Notes: a model not told the origin generated them from the letters alone. Counted from the stretch's first letter, positions 1-10,810 are shown. The stretch: 38,908 nucleotides of DNA from Scyliorhinus canicula (GCF_902713615.1 NW_024055489.1:1-38908); one strand, 5' to 3'. A program made the numbers and translations.

Positions 1-19
1 TGTAACCTCACCACTTGTC

Positions 20-430
20 TTTATATTTTGTCATCTGCAGCCGTGGGAATAGTACATTCATTTATTAAACACAGTTTTGAAATTTATGTATATTACATCT
101 ACTACCCCCCTTTCTCTAGCTTTCTCCTTATCACCTCAAATAAGGGCAATAAATTTGTCAGGCATGATTTCCCCTTCACGAAGCCGTGCTGACTCTGCTG
201 ATTATATTGTGTATTTCTAAATGCTCAGCTATTGGATCCGTTATAATGGACTCGAACCGTTTTCCACTGACAGATGTTAAGGTCCCTGGCATCACATTTA
301 TATCTCGGTGTTCCTGCTTCTCTCATTGTCCATCCCTATAGTTACCTGTTTTTGACACCCTCCCTTTTGAATAAGGGTGTTACATTGGCAGTTTTCCAAT
401 CCTCTTGGGGTAAGGTGGGAGGAGCCTGGT
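20..430 (-). mobile_element. Degenerate CR1-type LINE fragment (antisense) in the Cmu3-Cmu4 intron of IgM locus 1
   Basis: Antisense CR1 RT-region signature text (gtcaggcatgatttccccttcacgaagccgtgctgactc; ttgaataagggtgttacattggcagttttccaatcctct). Recognised from memory; boundaries approximate. Confidence 0.7.
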
Positions 431-703
431 GTGGAGTTTAGACACCAACACAGAACAGTTGGGCCGAATGGCCTGTTTCCCTGCTGTACATTTTCTGAAA
501 CTTTCGAATCCAATATCCGTAAATTCTCAGGGAAAAGGATTGTGTCCACCTCTGCTCCGAGCTGGGAACCCGGACAGATCCCAAAGTGGAAAATGGAAGC
601 CTTTAAAATCCAACACAAAACACATTTCTCCCACATCTAACCCGCGGTTCCATTGTCTCCGGAATTCCCCGTTTTATTGACATTTATTGTACATTTTCTG
701 CAG

Positions 704-1095
704 ATCCCAATCCGCGGGAACCGTCCGTCTCTGTCCTCCTGCCCTCGGCTGAAGACGTCTCCGCTCAGAGATTCGTCTCCCTCAGCTGCTTAGTGAGAGG
801 TTTCTCCCCCCGAGAGATCTTCGTCAAGTGGACCGTCAATGACAAGCCGGTGAATCCCGGGAACTACAAGAACACCGAGGTGATGGCGGAGAACGGCAAT
901 AGCTCCTTCTTCATGTACAGCCTGTTATCCATTGCAGCGGAGGAGTGGGCCAGCGGCGCTTCTTACTCCTGTGTGGTGGGACATGAAGCCATCCCCTTGA
1001 AGATCATCAACAGAACGGTTGATAAATCCAGCGGTAAACCCAGTTTTGTGAACATTTCCCTCGCTCTGATGGACACCGTTAATTCATGTCAATGA
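704..1095 (+). CDS. IGHM: IgM heavy chain constant exon Cmu4 plus secretory tailpiece (locus 1)
   Basis: Acceptor ttttctgcag at 694-703, phase 1. Translates (D)[42 protein letters not shown]...[43 protein letters not shown]. This is an Ig C1-set domain (Cys-Trp-Cys) with the shark IgM tailpiece (NIS sequon, penultimate Cys). Internal donor G|GTAAAC at 1033/1034 for the membrane form. Confidence 0.97.
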
Positions 1096-1122
1096 GAATC
1101 GATTGGTTATATTTCGAACTAA

Positions 1123-1137
1123 AATAAAAATAATAAA
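1123..1137 (+). terminator. Polyadenylation signals for secreted mu mRNA
   Basis: Two AATAAA hexamers (1123-1128, 1132-1137) about 30 nt after the secretory stop codon. Confidence 0.85.
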
Positions 1138-1211
1138 AACGTTTCCTCTAATTGTGATTTAAACATACAGCCACTTGATTAATGGTGTTTCCACTTTACT
1201 GATGTTAGATC

Positions 1212-1378
1212 TGAAAATGAAATGAAAATCACATTGTCACAAGTAGGCTTCAGTCAAGTTATTGTGAAAAGCCCCTCAGCGCCACATTCCGGCACCTGTT
1301 CGGGGAGGCTGGTACGGGAATTGAACCGTGCTGCTGGCCTGTCTTGGTCTGCTTTAAAATCCAGCGATTTTAAACCAG
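1212..1378 (-). mobile_element. tRNA-derived SINE
   Basis: (gaaat)n tail and body gtgaaaagcccct..gccacattccggc; near-identical copies at 6947-7130 and about 8300-8400. Confidence 0.8.
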
Positions 1379-1730
1379 TCTCTGGTCAATGAGACCCGGA
1401 TTTCTACAGGTCTCAGCCCCAAGTCTGATACAACCAGAGCTCTCAGCTCAGAAACACCCTGGGTTAGAGACAGAGTAAAACTCATTCATTCCAGGATTCA
1501 GCAAAATATCTTCATTGACTTTCCTCCAGATGAGGAGAAATCGGACAATTTCCCATTTCAGACAAACAAACCCATCACATTTAGATCTCGGTGTTCCTGC
1601 TTCTCTCATTGTCCATCCCTTTAAAATTAATGTCAGCTTTAAGTTGCTGCATGAGACCCACTGGGAACTGATTTGAGGGTCACACAGAAACATGGACCAA
1701 CAATCTCCAGTCAAAGAGAGGGGAAAGTGA

Positions 1731-2540
1731 AATTGTTAATCCACTGTACCCCACCTCCCCAACAGAGAGAGCGGGAGGGGTATTAGTTATTCCACTGTCT
1801 CCCCACCCACCCACCCACCTCCCACACAGAGAGAGGGGGAAGGGCATTAGTTAATCCACTGTACCCCCACTTCCCCAATAGAGGGAGGGGATGGGGTATT
1901 AGTTAATCCACTGTACCCCCACTTCCCCAATAGAGAGAGGGTCTTTAGTTAATTCACTGTACCCCCACTTCCCCAACATAGAGAGTGGGAGGAGCTTTAG
2001 TTAATCCACTGTACCCCCAATTCGCCAACAAAGAGAGGAGAGGGGGGCATTAGTTAATCCACTGTACCCCACCTCACCAACAGAGAGAGTGGGAGGGGCT
2101 TTAGTTAATACACTGTACCCCCACTTCACCAACAAAGAGAGGGGCATTAGTTAATCCATTGTCTCCCCACGTCCCCAACAAAGAGAGGGGTTGGGGCATT
2201 ACTTAACACACTGTGCCCCCACTTCCCCAGCAAAGCGAGGGGAGGAGCATTAGTTAACACACTGTGCCCCCACTTCCCCAACAAAGAGACGGTGGTGGGC
2301 TGAGTTAATCCACTGTACATCCGCTTCCAACAATGAGGGGGGTGTACATTAGTTAATCCACTGTACATCCGCTTCCAACAATGAGTGGAAGGACATTATT
2401 TAACCCACTGCCTCCCCACTTCCCCAACAAAGAGAGCAAAGGGGCAATACTAACACATTTTACCTCCACTTTCCCAACCAAAAGAGAAGGAAGGTGATGA
2501 GTGAACTCTCTGTATCTCCCCCTCCAGCAGGGAGAACCCA
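1731..2540. repeat. Minisatellite of about 15-16 units of 45-64 nt in the Cmu4-TM1 intron
   Basis: Recurring ttagttaatccactgtacccccacttccccaac(a)gagag...ggg(a)gggg at about 1731, 1782, 1846, 1898, 1944, 1996, 2050, 2101, 2147, 2199, 2250, 2302, 2349, 2396 and 2449. Confidence 0.92.
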
Positions 2541-2949
2541 AAGGCAATTTGCTGACCTGACCAGAGAGAGGGAGATTATTAACTCAATATCTTCCCAGTC
2601 CCCAAGCAGGGAGTTTGGAAGTAAACGGTTGTCTGGACTAAGAACTCAGTTACTGACATTACAAGACGCCATGTAGTTTACAGGCTGAAACATTATAAAG
2701 ATGTTCTTAAAATATCTATTTATGCAACATAATTTTTTTAGCACCCTTGTTCCGTATGCTAAGACCGATTCCCCATAATCCAAATCCAGGCTGGTGATTG
2801 AATTCTCCCTGGGTTTTCACTGTTCTCTCCCGAGGAGCCTCCTTGTTTTTTTGCATTAGGTCACCTGATGTCAGCTTGCAACTCACGGAAAACACATTTA
2901 TATGCAGAAAGTTCAACATATTCTACATCGGTACCAATAATACCCACAA

Positions 2950-3560
2950 CTGGCAAAGCTACAGGCAGCTGATACAAATACACAGACAGATAAACAGACA
3001 CAGACACTACACACACATGCACACAGACCCAGAAACACACACACGCTCACAAGTAGACACAAACACACACATGGACACACACATAGAAACACATGCACAA
3101 ACATACACCCAGGCACAACGGACCACACATATTTTGACACAAAAACACACGCAAATGTGCACAAAAATTCACAAGCATGCACATAAACACAAAAAGCACA
3201 TGTTTAGAAACACACAGACTCACGTGCACATCCACACACACAAACACAATTCCACACACACAAGTGGGTACACGCATGTACACAGACATATACAACCACA
3301 TGTCCACACAGATACACAGACATATACAACCAGACAAGCAGGCTGACAGAAGAATATGAAACAGAAATGTAACCAATAACATGTAAATTAGCAGAATTTC
3401 ACGATGACAGAAATATTTCCACTCAAACAGAGACAATAATCCACACCAACGGACACACGTAGATACATATTAGCTGACTCGTACACACGCTAACACGAAC
3501 ACATATGAATACACATAGAGTCATCAATACACATCAATAGATAGTTATAATCAAACATCA
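2950..3560. repeat. CA-rich low-complexity tract (Cmu4-TM1 intron)
   Basis: Degenerate (CA)n/(ACAC) runs. Confidence 0.85.
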
Positions 3561-3571
3561 ACGCATAAATA

Positions 3572-3895
3572 CTGTAGCACCTCTGCCGCACAGCGCCATA
3601 ATCCCGGGTTCAATTCCAGCCTTGGGTGATTGTCTGTGTGGAGTTCCCACGTTCTGCCGGGTCTGTTCCTGTTTCCTCCGCCTGCTCTAGTTTCCTCCCA
3701 CAGTCCAAAGATGTAGAGGTTCAGTGGATTTGCCAGGCTATATTACCCCTTAGTGCCCACAAAGTTAGGTGGGGATACGATGTTCTGGGGACAGGGCAGG
3801 GGCATGCGTCCAGGCAGAGTGCTCTTTCCGAGGGTCGGTGCAGACACAATGGGCCGAATGGCCTCATTCGGCACAGTAGGGATTATATTTAATGA
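3572..3895 (+). mobile_element. HE1-like shark SINE
   Basis: tRNA-like head (gggttcaattcc B-box), central tttcctcccacagtccaaagatg, tail gggccgaatggcc...gggattatatt. Confidence 0.85.
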
Positions 3896-3919
3896 TGATT
3901 CTATGAAGAAATACACGCA

Positions 3920-4300
3920 TCAACAAACACACACACACACAAACGCACTTATCCAGACACAAACATTAAGACACTGACATGCATGTTGAACGTACAAAGA
4001 CACATTAACACTTTCATTACTGGACAGGGAAGTATAAACTTATATTGACATAGGCATTAATATATAAACATAGACTTCAACACACAAACACACACAATAA
4101 AACACTCATATGTACACATTAACAGAAGATAAACAAAGTTCACACAGGCGCTGACACACAAATACACAGATCAATACTCATTGACACATGAACACACACA
4201 ATGACACTTATAAAGACATCGGGACACACAAATGAAGAGTAAAGAAATACGAATTTCGCATCCACACAGACACAAAAGCTAAAGAACAAACACAAACGTC
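3920..4300. repeat. Second CA-rich tract (Cmu4-TM1 intron)
   Basis: acacacacacac and similar degenerate runs. Confidence 0.8.
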
Positions 4301-4305
4301 AGGCA

Positions 4306-4495
4306 AGGGCGGCACGGTGGCATAGTGGTTAGCACTGCTGCCTCACGCCACCATGGACCTGGGGTTGATCCCGCTCCTGGGTCTCTGTCCAGTGGACTTT
4401 CCCCGTGACCCGTGGGTCTCACCCCCACCACCCAAAGATGTGCAGGGTAGGTGGATTGGCCAGGCTAACTTGCCCCTTAATTGGTAGAAAAAAGT
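4306..4495 (+). mobile_element. Short HE1-related SINE
   Basis: gggcggcacggtggcatagtggttagcactgctgcctcac head; ends aaagatgtgcagggtaggtggattggcc...ttaattgg. Confidence 0.85.
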
Positions 4496-4648
4496 TACAG
4501 AGATCGATTTCCGAGTGTCATGAACTCAACAGTAGATATGCAATGACAAATATGTTAAATTAGCAGCGGGAGAAAATGAAACGAGAATATTAAAAAACAT
4601 ATCCTGGATTAATAAACAAACTAATTATATTTGGCTCGATCCTCGTAG

Positions 4649-4776
4649 ATACCACAGACCACACCTGGACTGAAGAAAATGAGGATGATAACGGGAACAT
4701 CTGGACAACCGCTTCCACATTCATCACCCTGTTCTTCCTGAGCATTTCCTACAGCGCTGCAGTCACTCTGGTGAAG
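4649..4776 (+). CDS. IGHM: IgM membrane exon TM1 (locus 1)
   Basis: Acceptor AG at 4647-4648, phase 1, matching the Cmu4 internal donor. Encodes DTTDHTWTEENEDDNGNIWTTASTFITLFFLSISYSAAVTLVK: an acidic spacer plus the conserved Ig transmembrane (CART) motif. Donor GTGAGA at 4777. Confidence 0.96.
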
Positions 4777-4916
4777 GTGAGAAGATTCAATCCGCTCACA
4801 CTTCAAACTGACAGAAGGCGTTTAAAACATCTCTAAATGTTTAATTGATTAAAAACTCTAACATCAATGTCCCAGATCATAAACATCTGCTTCATCATTT
4901 TCTCTCTCTTTTACAG

Positions 4917-4925
4917 ATCAAGTGA
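4917..4925 (+). CDS. IGHM: IgM membrane exon TM2 (IK-stop)
   Basis: Polypyrimidine tract tttctctctcttttacag ending at 4916, then ATC AAG TGA. Cytoplasmic tail K-I-K; intron of 140 nt. Confidence 0.93.
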   Translation: MK

Positions 4926-5330
4926 TGGATTGACGTTCGGACGCTGTAGAGTTTCCTCAGCTGTTTATTATGATCTGTGTGTGACACAAATACAATATCT
5001 CCTCTTGGTGACTCTAAAAGTAAAATTATCTCAGTTTATTATTCTGCATCTGTAACTGAGACAATCATGGACAGCAGTTCTGCTTTTCAGTTTGAAATGT
5101 ACGAGATAATTTTGGCTGTATGGTAATTGTAGCTAGTAATTTCTTTCAATGTCATGTCTAAATAAGTATCTTATCACGTACCTTATTTACAACAGTTACC
5201 TTCCCTTTATGTTGAGCTCCTGTTCTCTCTTGTGTCTGTTACAGTTGTACATACATTTGGCAGCTCAGAGGGCATGTGTTATATTCTCACTGTGACCCTC
5301 AATCGTTATGTTCCCTTTTGTAAACATCAA

Positions 5331-5371
5331 AATAAACTTTTGTGTAATATTTTCTCTGAAATTTTAATAAA
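5331..5371 (+). terminator. Polyadenylation signals for membrane mu mRNA
   Basis: AATAAA at 5331-5336 and 5366-5371, about 400 nt after the TM2 stop. Confidence 0.65.
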
Positions 5372-5761
5372 TATTGAATGAAAAATGAAGAAAATAAGAC
5401 TAATCTGAACTCCTTTCTCTAAGGTCCATCGGCACCCCTCCATTTCTCCGATTATACAGTTCTCTCCCCTTTCCCAGACACATATTTCTCACCAGGCCTG
5501 TCTGGGATGTGTCTGAACTCAAGGCCCCTCAGTGAAAGAGACACTGCGCCACCATGCGGCCCATCCGGGTTAAGACACCTTCACCTTTGCCTTTTTATGG
5601 TAAACCCCAGGGACAGAATGATTTCACAGCTGAAGATTTCCACAGATTCACTATCCTCTGATGGAAGAAATGTCTCCTCATCTCTGTCCTAAATTTGAAC
5701 CCCTTCCTCTGAGATTATGCCTCTGGCCCTAGACTCTCCCACAAGAGGAAACAAGATGATT

Positions 5762-6006
5762 TTTTAGGCTGTGTAACTGGTTAAATCTCTTTCCACAGTC
5801 AGTTCACTGGAACACTCCCACTCAGATGTGTGTGGGTCTCGGGGCTTTTCCAATCAAACTGATGTTTGAAATCTCTTCCCACAGTCAGAACAGACAAACA
5901 CATTGACAGTTTGTGATATTTAGATGCTAATCAATTGAGTGACTGTCAGATCTTGATGTTATATTTGGTTCGAGTTGCTCAGCTGCCAATCCTCCCGTTC
6001 TAATGC
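5762..6006 (-). pseudogene. C2H2 ZNF exon remnant A (leader only, 3' part missing)
   Basis: The minus strand reads the family acceptor (ttgtaaacttctttttcag|gcattag, boundary 6007/6006), then [17 protein letters not shown] and, in another frame, VFQ*TDCGKRFNQLHSLK. It is cut off at about 5760 by a CR1 fragment. Confidence 0.8.
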
Positions 6007-6171
6007 CTGAAAAAGAAGTTTACAAAAATGATCACCAGAAGAACAGGGTAGAAATTCACAACAGATCATTGTAGTTTCTATCAAACCTTCTTTCCTCTCT
6101 TGCTTTCCCCAAGCATGTGGTCCAGTCAAAATAAAAGACCAAAATCAGCTAGAAGCCACAACAAAAGTGTG

Positions 6172-6425
6172 ACTGCCTGTGCGGAGTCTGCCCGTCCCCA
6201 CCGTGTCTGCGTGGGTTTCCTCCGGGTGCTCCGGTTTCCTCCCACAGTCCAAAGATGTGCAGGTCAGGTGGATTGGCCATGCTAAATTGCCCTTATGTTA
6301 GATGGGGTTGCTAGGTTACAGGGATGGGGTGGAGGTGTGGTCTTAAGTAGGGTGCTCCTTCCAAGAGCCAGTGCAGACTTGATGGGCTGAATGGCCTCCT
6401 TCTGCACTATAAATTCTATGATGAT
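6172..6425 (+). mobile_element. HE1-like SINE (5' truncated)
   Basis: gtgggtttcctccgggtgctccggtttcctcccacagtccaaagatgtgcagg...ctgcactataaattctatg. Confidence 0.88.
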
Positions 6426-6446
6426 ATCTCTATGTATTGAACAATC

Positions 6447-7231
6447 CAGGGAGGTGGGAGGGAGGCAGGGAAATGAGAGCCGGAAGGAAGGCGCGGGTTG
6501 CATTAACGAACATGGTATCTCCAGGAGTAGGGAACGAGGAGAATAAAGACGAAAGACAGGAGCAACGGCAGAAGCGGAGGTGAGCGCGAGGCGGCAGCGA
6601 GATCTGTCCGGGAGAAACAAGCGACAACACCAACACCAAACCCATTCGAGTATTGCCCACTGTAATTATTTCTCCGGCACCCAAATGTATATTTACCTCC
6701 TCAATCTCTCCCCCCCCCCCCCCACCGCCCCCCCCCCCCCCCCCACACCCGCCCGCAAACAGTCGCTTACTTATGTGTTGTAAATAATTTTGCCAGGTGT
6801 ACAGGGTTGCTGCTGTTGAGCTGGTGCACAATACCCTACCTGTTATTCTATTTTATTTTTTATTGTATTTTTTTAATTATTCACTATTTCTTTTCTTTGG
6901 TATGTTGGGGTGTGTCCTTCTCTTGTATTCATGTGTGAAAATGAAATGAAATGAAAATGAAAATCGCTTATTGTTAGGAGTAGGCTTCAATGAAGTTACT
7001 GTGAAAAGCCCCTAGTCGCCACATTCCGGCGCCTGTCCGGGGAGACTGGTACGAGAATCGAACCGTGCTGCTGGCCTGCCTTGGTCTGCTTTAAAAGCCA
7101 ACGATTTAGCCTGGTGAGCTAAACCAGCCCAGTGTGGTGTGTGTATATTTAGATATATGTTCTTATCCTGTGTACATAACGGTAAATATACTTTGTTCAA
7201 AAACCCAACAAAAAACATTTACCAAAAAAAA
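6447..7231 (+). mobile_element. Poly(A)-tailed non-LTR retroelement (L1/Tx1-like 3' end) with 15-bp TSD
   Basis: TSD atgtattgaacaatc at 6432-6446 and 7232-7246; A-rich tail aaaaaacatttaccaaaaaaaaa; carries a nested SINE. Family assignment is inference. Confidence 0.75.
6947..7130 (-). mobile_element. tRNA-derived SINE nested inside the L1-like element
   Basis: Same family as 1212-1378; (gaaat)n tail. Confidence 0.85.
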
Positions 7232-7269
7232 ATGTATTGAACAATCAGCGAGTCAGCCTGAAATCTGCC

Positions 7270-7660
7270 TCACAATGCCCGGGTGATTGACGGCAGCTCC
7301 AGACCAATAGGAAGAGGAGGGGCTGTATTGGAGGGCCGAACGGGAGCGGCTGGTCCTCCAACCAATCGGAGTGAACGAGGGGCGGGGCCCGCTGTGATTG
7401 AAGCATGCGCAGTGTGGGTCATGCCGATGAAGAAGGACGTCATTTTCAGATTGGAAATCGGTATGAGGCGTTTAACAATACGGAGGGAGCGAGAGATCGC
7501 GGGGGTGGGCGGAAACGTTGTGTAAAGCTGTTGCAATCGCAAACTCTGAAATGTTTACGGGACCCAGTTTGTACTGAGTGGAGCTGCAGCTCCTCATGTT
7601 CGGCTCGGGTTAACGGCCGCCATCTTTATTGGATGTGCATCAGGGCGCATGCGCGTTTCT
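7270..7660. promoter_or_regulatory. GC-rich promoter-like island B (CCAAT boxes, GC box, YY1 and NRF1 motifs)
   Basis: CCAAT at 7304 and about 7362; GGGGCGGGGC at about 7379; GCCGCCATCTT at 7616-7626; GCGCATGCGC at 7645-7654; CpG-rich. Homologous in inverted orientation to 17570-17690. Activity not demonstrated. Confidence 0.65.
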
Positions 7661-7999
7661 CATCTTTGTCGGGGCGATGTTTCAATGAGTGGGAGGAGCT
7701 TGTTCCCCATTGTTCAGAATGGAGACAACTTGTCCATCAAACTGGATTAGACTTTGAGTCCCAATGTCTACTTGATGATGCAAAGTGGTGGCATGGATGG
7801 AAAGAAAACGAAGCCAATCCTGCTCTCCAGATTTCACTGTCTCATTGGACATCCTGCCCCACTAAGCTCTGCGGCTCTGTTCAGTCAGATGAAGACCCAG
7901 GGCAGAAACTCTCAACCCTGAGTCAGCATCACCCTCAAATCAGGGGACTGCTGATGACAACGAGAGTCAGTGTGCAGTGGGGTGCATGAGCAGTCATCC

Positions 8000-8125
8000 T
8001 GCACCAGGGAGCAGGAGGAGAGAACGTTGTGAATTTCTATCCCGAACTGACTGATTGATTTTGGAAACTCCTTTACAGGTGGTTAGTAGGAGAGGATTTA
8101 CACACAGTAAATGCAAACCAGGAGA
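8000..8125 (+). pseudogene. ZNF-family acceptor stub (exon start only)
   Basis: gttgtgaatttctatcc...ggaaactcctttacag|gtggttagtaggagaggattta (AG at 8077-8078), homologous to the other ZNF acceptors; truncated by SINEs. Confidence 0.65.
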
Positions 8126-8134
8126 AATGTTTAC

Positions 8135-8575
8135 CCCGGCTCTGGGTCACTGTGTGTGAAGTTTGCACATTCTCCCCGTGTCGGCGTGGGTTTCAGTTCC
8201 ACAACCCAAAGATGTCCAGGGTAGGTATATTGGCCACGCTAAATTGCCCCTCAATTGGAAAAAATGAATTGGGCACTCTAAATTCATATTTTAAAAAAAC
8301 ATTAACACTGCAATGAAGTTACTGCGAAAAGCCCCTGGTCGCCACATTCCGGCGCCTGTTCGAGTACACAGAGGGAGAATTCAGAATGTCCAAATGACTT
8401 AACAGCATGTCTTTCAGGACTTGTGGGATTTAACCAAAGCACCCGGAGGAAACCCATGAAGACATAGGAAGAACATGCAGACTCCGCACAGACAGTGACC
8501 CAAGCCAGGAATTGAACCTGGGATCCTGGAGCTGTGAAGCAACAGTGTTACCCGCTGTGCTACAGATACTGCCCC
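8135..8575. mobile_element. Cluster of SINE fragments (plus strand 8135-8295, minus strand 8300-8575)
   Basis: HE1-family text on both strands. Confidence 0.8.
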
Positions 8576-8619
8576 TTAAAACATGTTGTTTGGCCAACAG
8601 AAAACATTATCAAAGGGCT

Positions 8620-8895
8620 TGTCTGTGATATGAACCTGGGACCTCTGGCAAATGTCGAAACCAAAGCACCCGAAGCGAGAATCATACGCCCAGACCAATG
8701 AGCCCCTCAATGAAAGAAGTCGCCACTTTCGGAGTCTCAAAATGAAAGTCTTTGGACTCATCTGCAACCCGCAGCTTTGCTGGGTAAACCACCCCGAATG
8801 GAACTCCTTCTTAGATAGTGCAGGCTGAACCTTATTAAAGGCCGCTCGCTTCCTCACCAGCTCGGCTCCCACATCCTGGTAAATCCTCACTAGGA
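8620..8895 (-). mobile_element. L1-clade ORF1 C-terminal fragment
   Basis: RIYQDVGAELVRKRAAFNKVQPALSKK followed, after a frameshift, by GVPFGVVYPAK; resembles the L1 ORF1p C-terminal YPAKL motif. Confidence 0.65.
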
Positions 8896-9463
8896 TAACT
8901 GAGTGAATCCCTTCCCACACTTAGAACAGATGAATGGTTTGTCGCGGGTGTGACGATAATGATGAATTTCCAGCTCACATGGAGATCTGAATCCCTTCCA
9001 CATTCCCCACATTTCCATGGTTTCAGCATGCTGCTGGTGTCCTTGACCCTCTCTAAGTTTGACGATCAGTTGAACTCAAGTGTGTGTGTATCAGGTCTTT
9101 TTTCAGTAACACTGATCTTTTAAAAATAAATTTAGAGTATCCAATTTTTTTTCCCAATTAAGGGGCAATTTAGCATGTCCAATCCACCTACCCTGCACAT
9201 CTTTGGGTTGTGGGGCTGAAACCCACGCAAACACGGGAGTGACCCGGGGCCGAGATCGAACCTGGGACCTCGGCACCGTGAGGCAGCAGTCCTAGTCACA
9301 CTGATGTTGAAAATCTTTTCTCACAGACAGAGCAGACAAACATTTCTTCGTCTACATTCACAGGCCAATGATATTCAGGTCCTGATGAATGGAGTGACTC
9401 TGTTAAATCTTGCTATGAAGTTTGATTTGAGTTTCCATCTGTAAATCCTCCCCTTGTACTATC
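8895..9463 (-). pseudogene. C2H2 ZNF pseudogene C, interrupted by a SINE (about 9116-9294)
   Basis: Acceptor cag|gat at 9464/9463; [16 protein letters not shown] followed by frameshifted fingers. The conserved intron module is at about 9710-9900 (minus), also split by a SINE. Confidence 0.8.
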
Positions 9464-10052
9464 CTGTAAGAGGAGTTTATAAAAGTTATCTCGGGCGGCA
9501 GGCACAGTGGCTCAGTGTTTTCCGAGGACTCAGGTTTGATCCCGGCCCCGGGTCACTGTCCGTATGGACTTTGCACATTCTCCCCTTGTCAGCATGGGTT
9601 TCAACCCCACATCCAAAAAGAGGTGCCGGATAAAATTACCGCTTAATTGGGACAAAATATAATTTTGTACTCTATATTTAATATAAAAACAATATTCAGC
9701 ACTCAGTCCAGGATAGAAATTCTGAACAGACAATTCTAGTTTCTCTGGAACATTTTCTCCTGTCTTGTTCCCCCTGTAAATCCCCGTCCCACACACTCTC
9801 CCTCCTCCCTGGGCTGAAATCCAAACCCATCTCACCCATTTCTTTCCTCCACTCCCAGTTTCCCTCCTCCCTCTCCTCTGCCTGGGTTCAGTTCTCCAGC
9901 TCCTGTCTGCAGACTGACAATAAAACCAATGGGTCTTATTGGGGGGTTTGGGGCCTCCAGCAGGTGTTTGTAAATCATCCCTGTCCACCTGCCAGGGTTT
10001 CCTTCCTCCCCAGAGATCAGGGTGCCGGCGACAAAACAGGAGTACTTTACTA

Positions 10053-10409
10053 GGGCGCCAGTTCCGAGACCCGATTCTCGGGTCCTGGGGGGGCCAGAAC
10101 GGCGCTGAAGTGGCCCATGCCGCTCCAGCTGCCGCTCCCGGATGGACCCCCCCTCCATCCCTCAACAGGCCGCACCCGGACTGTTAAACCCCGAGGTCCC
10201 ACCGGGCCCAGAGCATGTTAGAACAGTGCCGGCGGGACAAGGATTTTTTCAGACGGCCTCTCAGCTCATTCGGGCCGGAGAATCTCCGTGCGGCCCAGCA
10301 CCATGTGTGCCTGCCTGTTTTTTCACGGGTGGGAGAATGGCGTTGGGGTGGCGTGGCGCAATTCGCGCAGTCCCCTGCCGATTCTCCGGCCCGGCAGGGG
10401 GTCGGAGAA
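10053..10409. mobile_element. GC-rich MITE-like element with imperfect terminal inverted repeats
   Basis: Left end gggcgccagttccgagaccc, right end ggggtcggagaatcgcgacc; internal stem cgattctcc...ggagaatcg. No TSD confirmed. Confidence 0.5.
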
Positions 10410-10587
10410 TCGCGACCAGAGTCCTCTGATGATTTGAGCCCAACCTCGAATCACGTTAAATTTCCATTTAATTGGGAAACAAAATTAAATGAAATTTCGT
10501 GGCTCCACAAAGTGTTTCCAACTCCTGCCTCCCACCCCGTTAACAGGTGGATGCAATTATTTTTCTTACTGAAAGGGTGGTCTCTGG

Positions 10588-10810
10588 GGGCATGGTAGTG
10601 CTGTGGTTAGCACTGCTGCCTAATGGTGCTGAGGATCCGGATTCGATCCTGGCCTCGAGTCACTATCCATGTGGAGTTTACACATTCTCCCCGTCTCTGC
10701 GTGTGTCTCACCTTCACAACCCAAAGATGTGCAGGGTAGGTGATTTGAACAAGCTAATTTTGCACCTTAATTGGAAAAAAAAGTTGGTTACTCCAAATTT
10801 ATTTTAAAAA
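10588..10810 (+). mobile_element. Short HE1-related SINE
   Basis: Head ggggcatggtagtgctgtggttagcactgctgcc; tail ttaattggaaaaaaaagttgg..ctccaaattt. Confidence 0.85.

Noticed and set aside
2798-3436. His/Thr-rich 182-aa ORF and Cys/Val-rich antisense ORFs
   Set aside because: They are translations of the CA-rich tract inside the Cmu4-TM1 intron.
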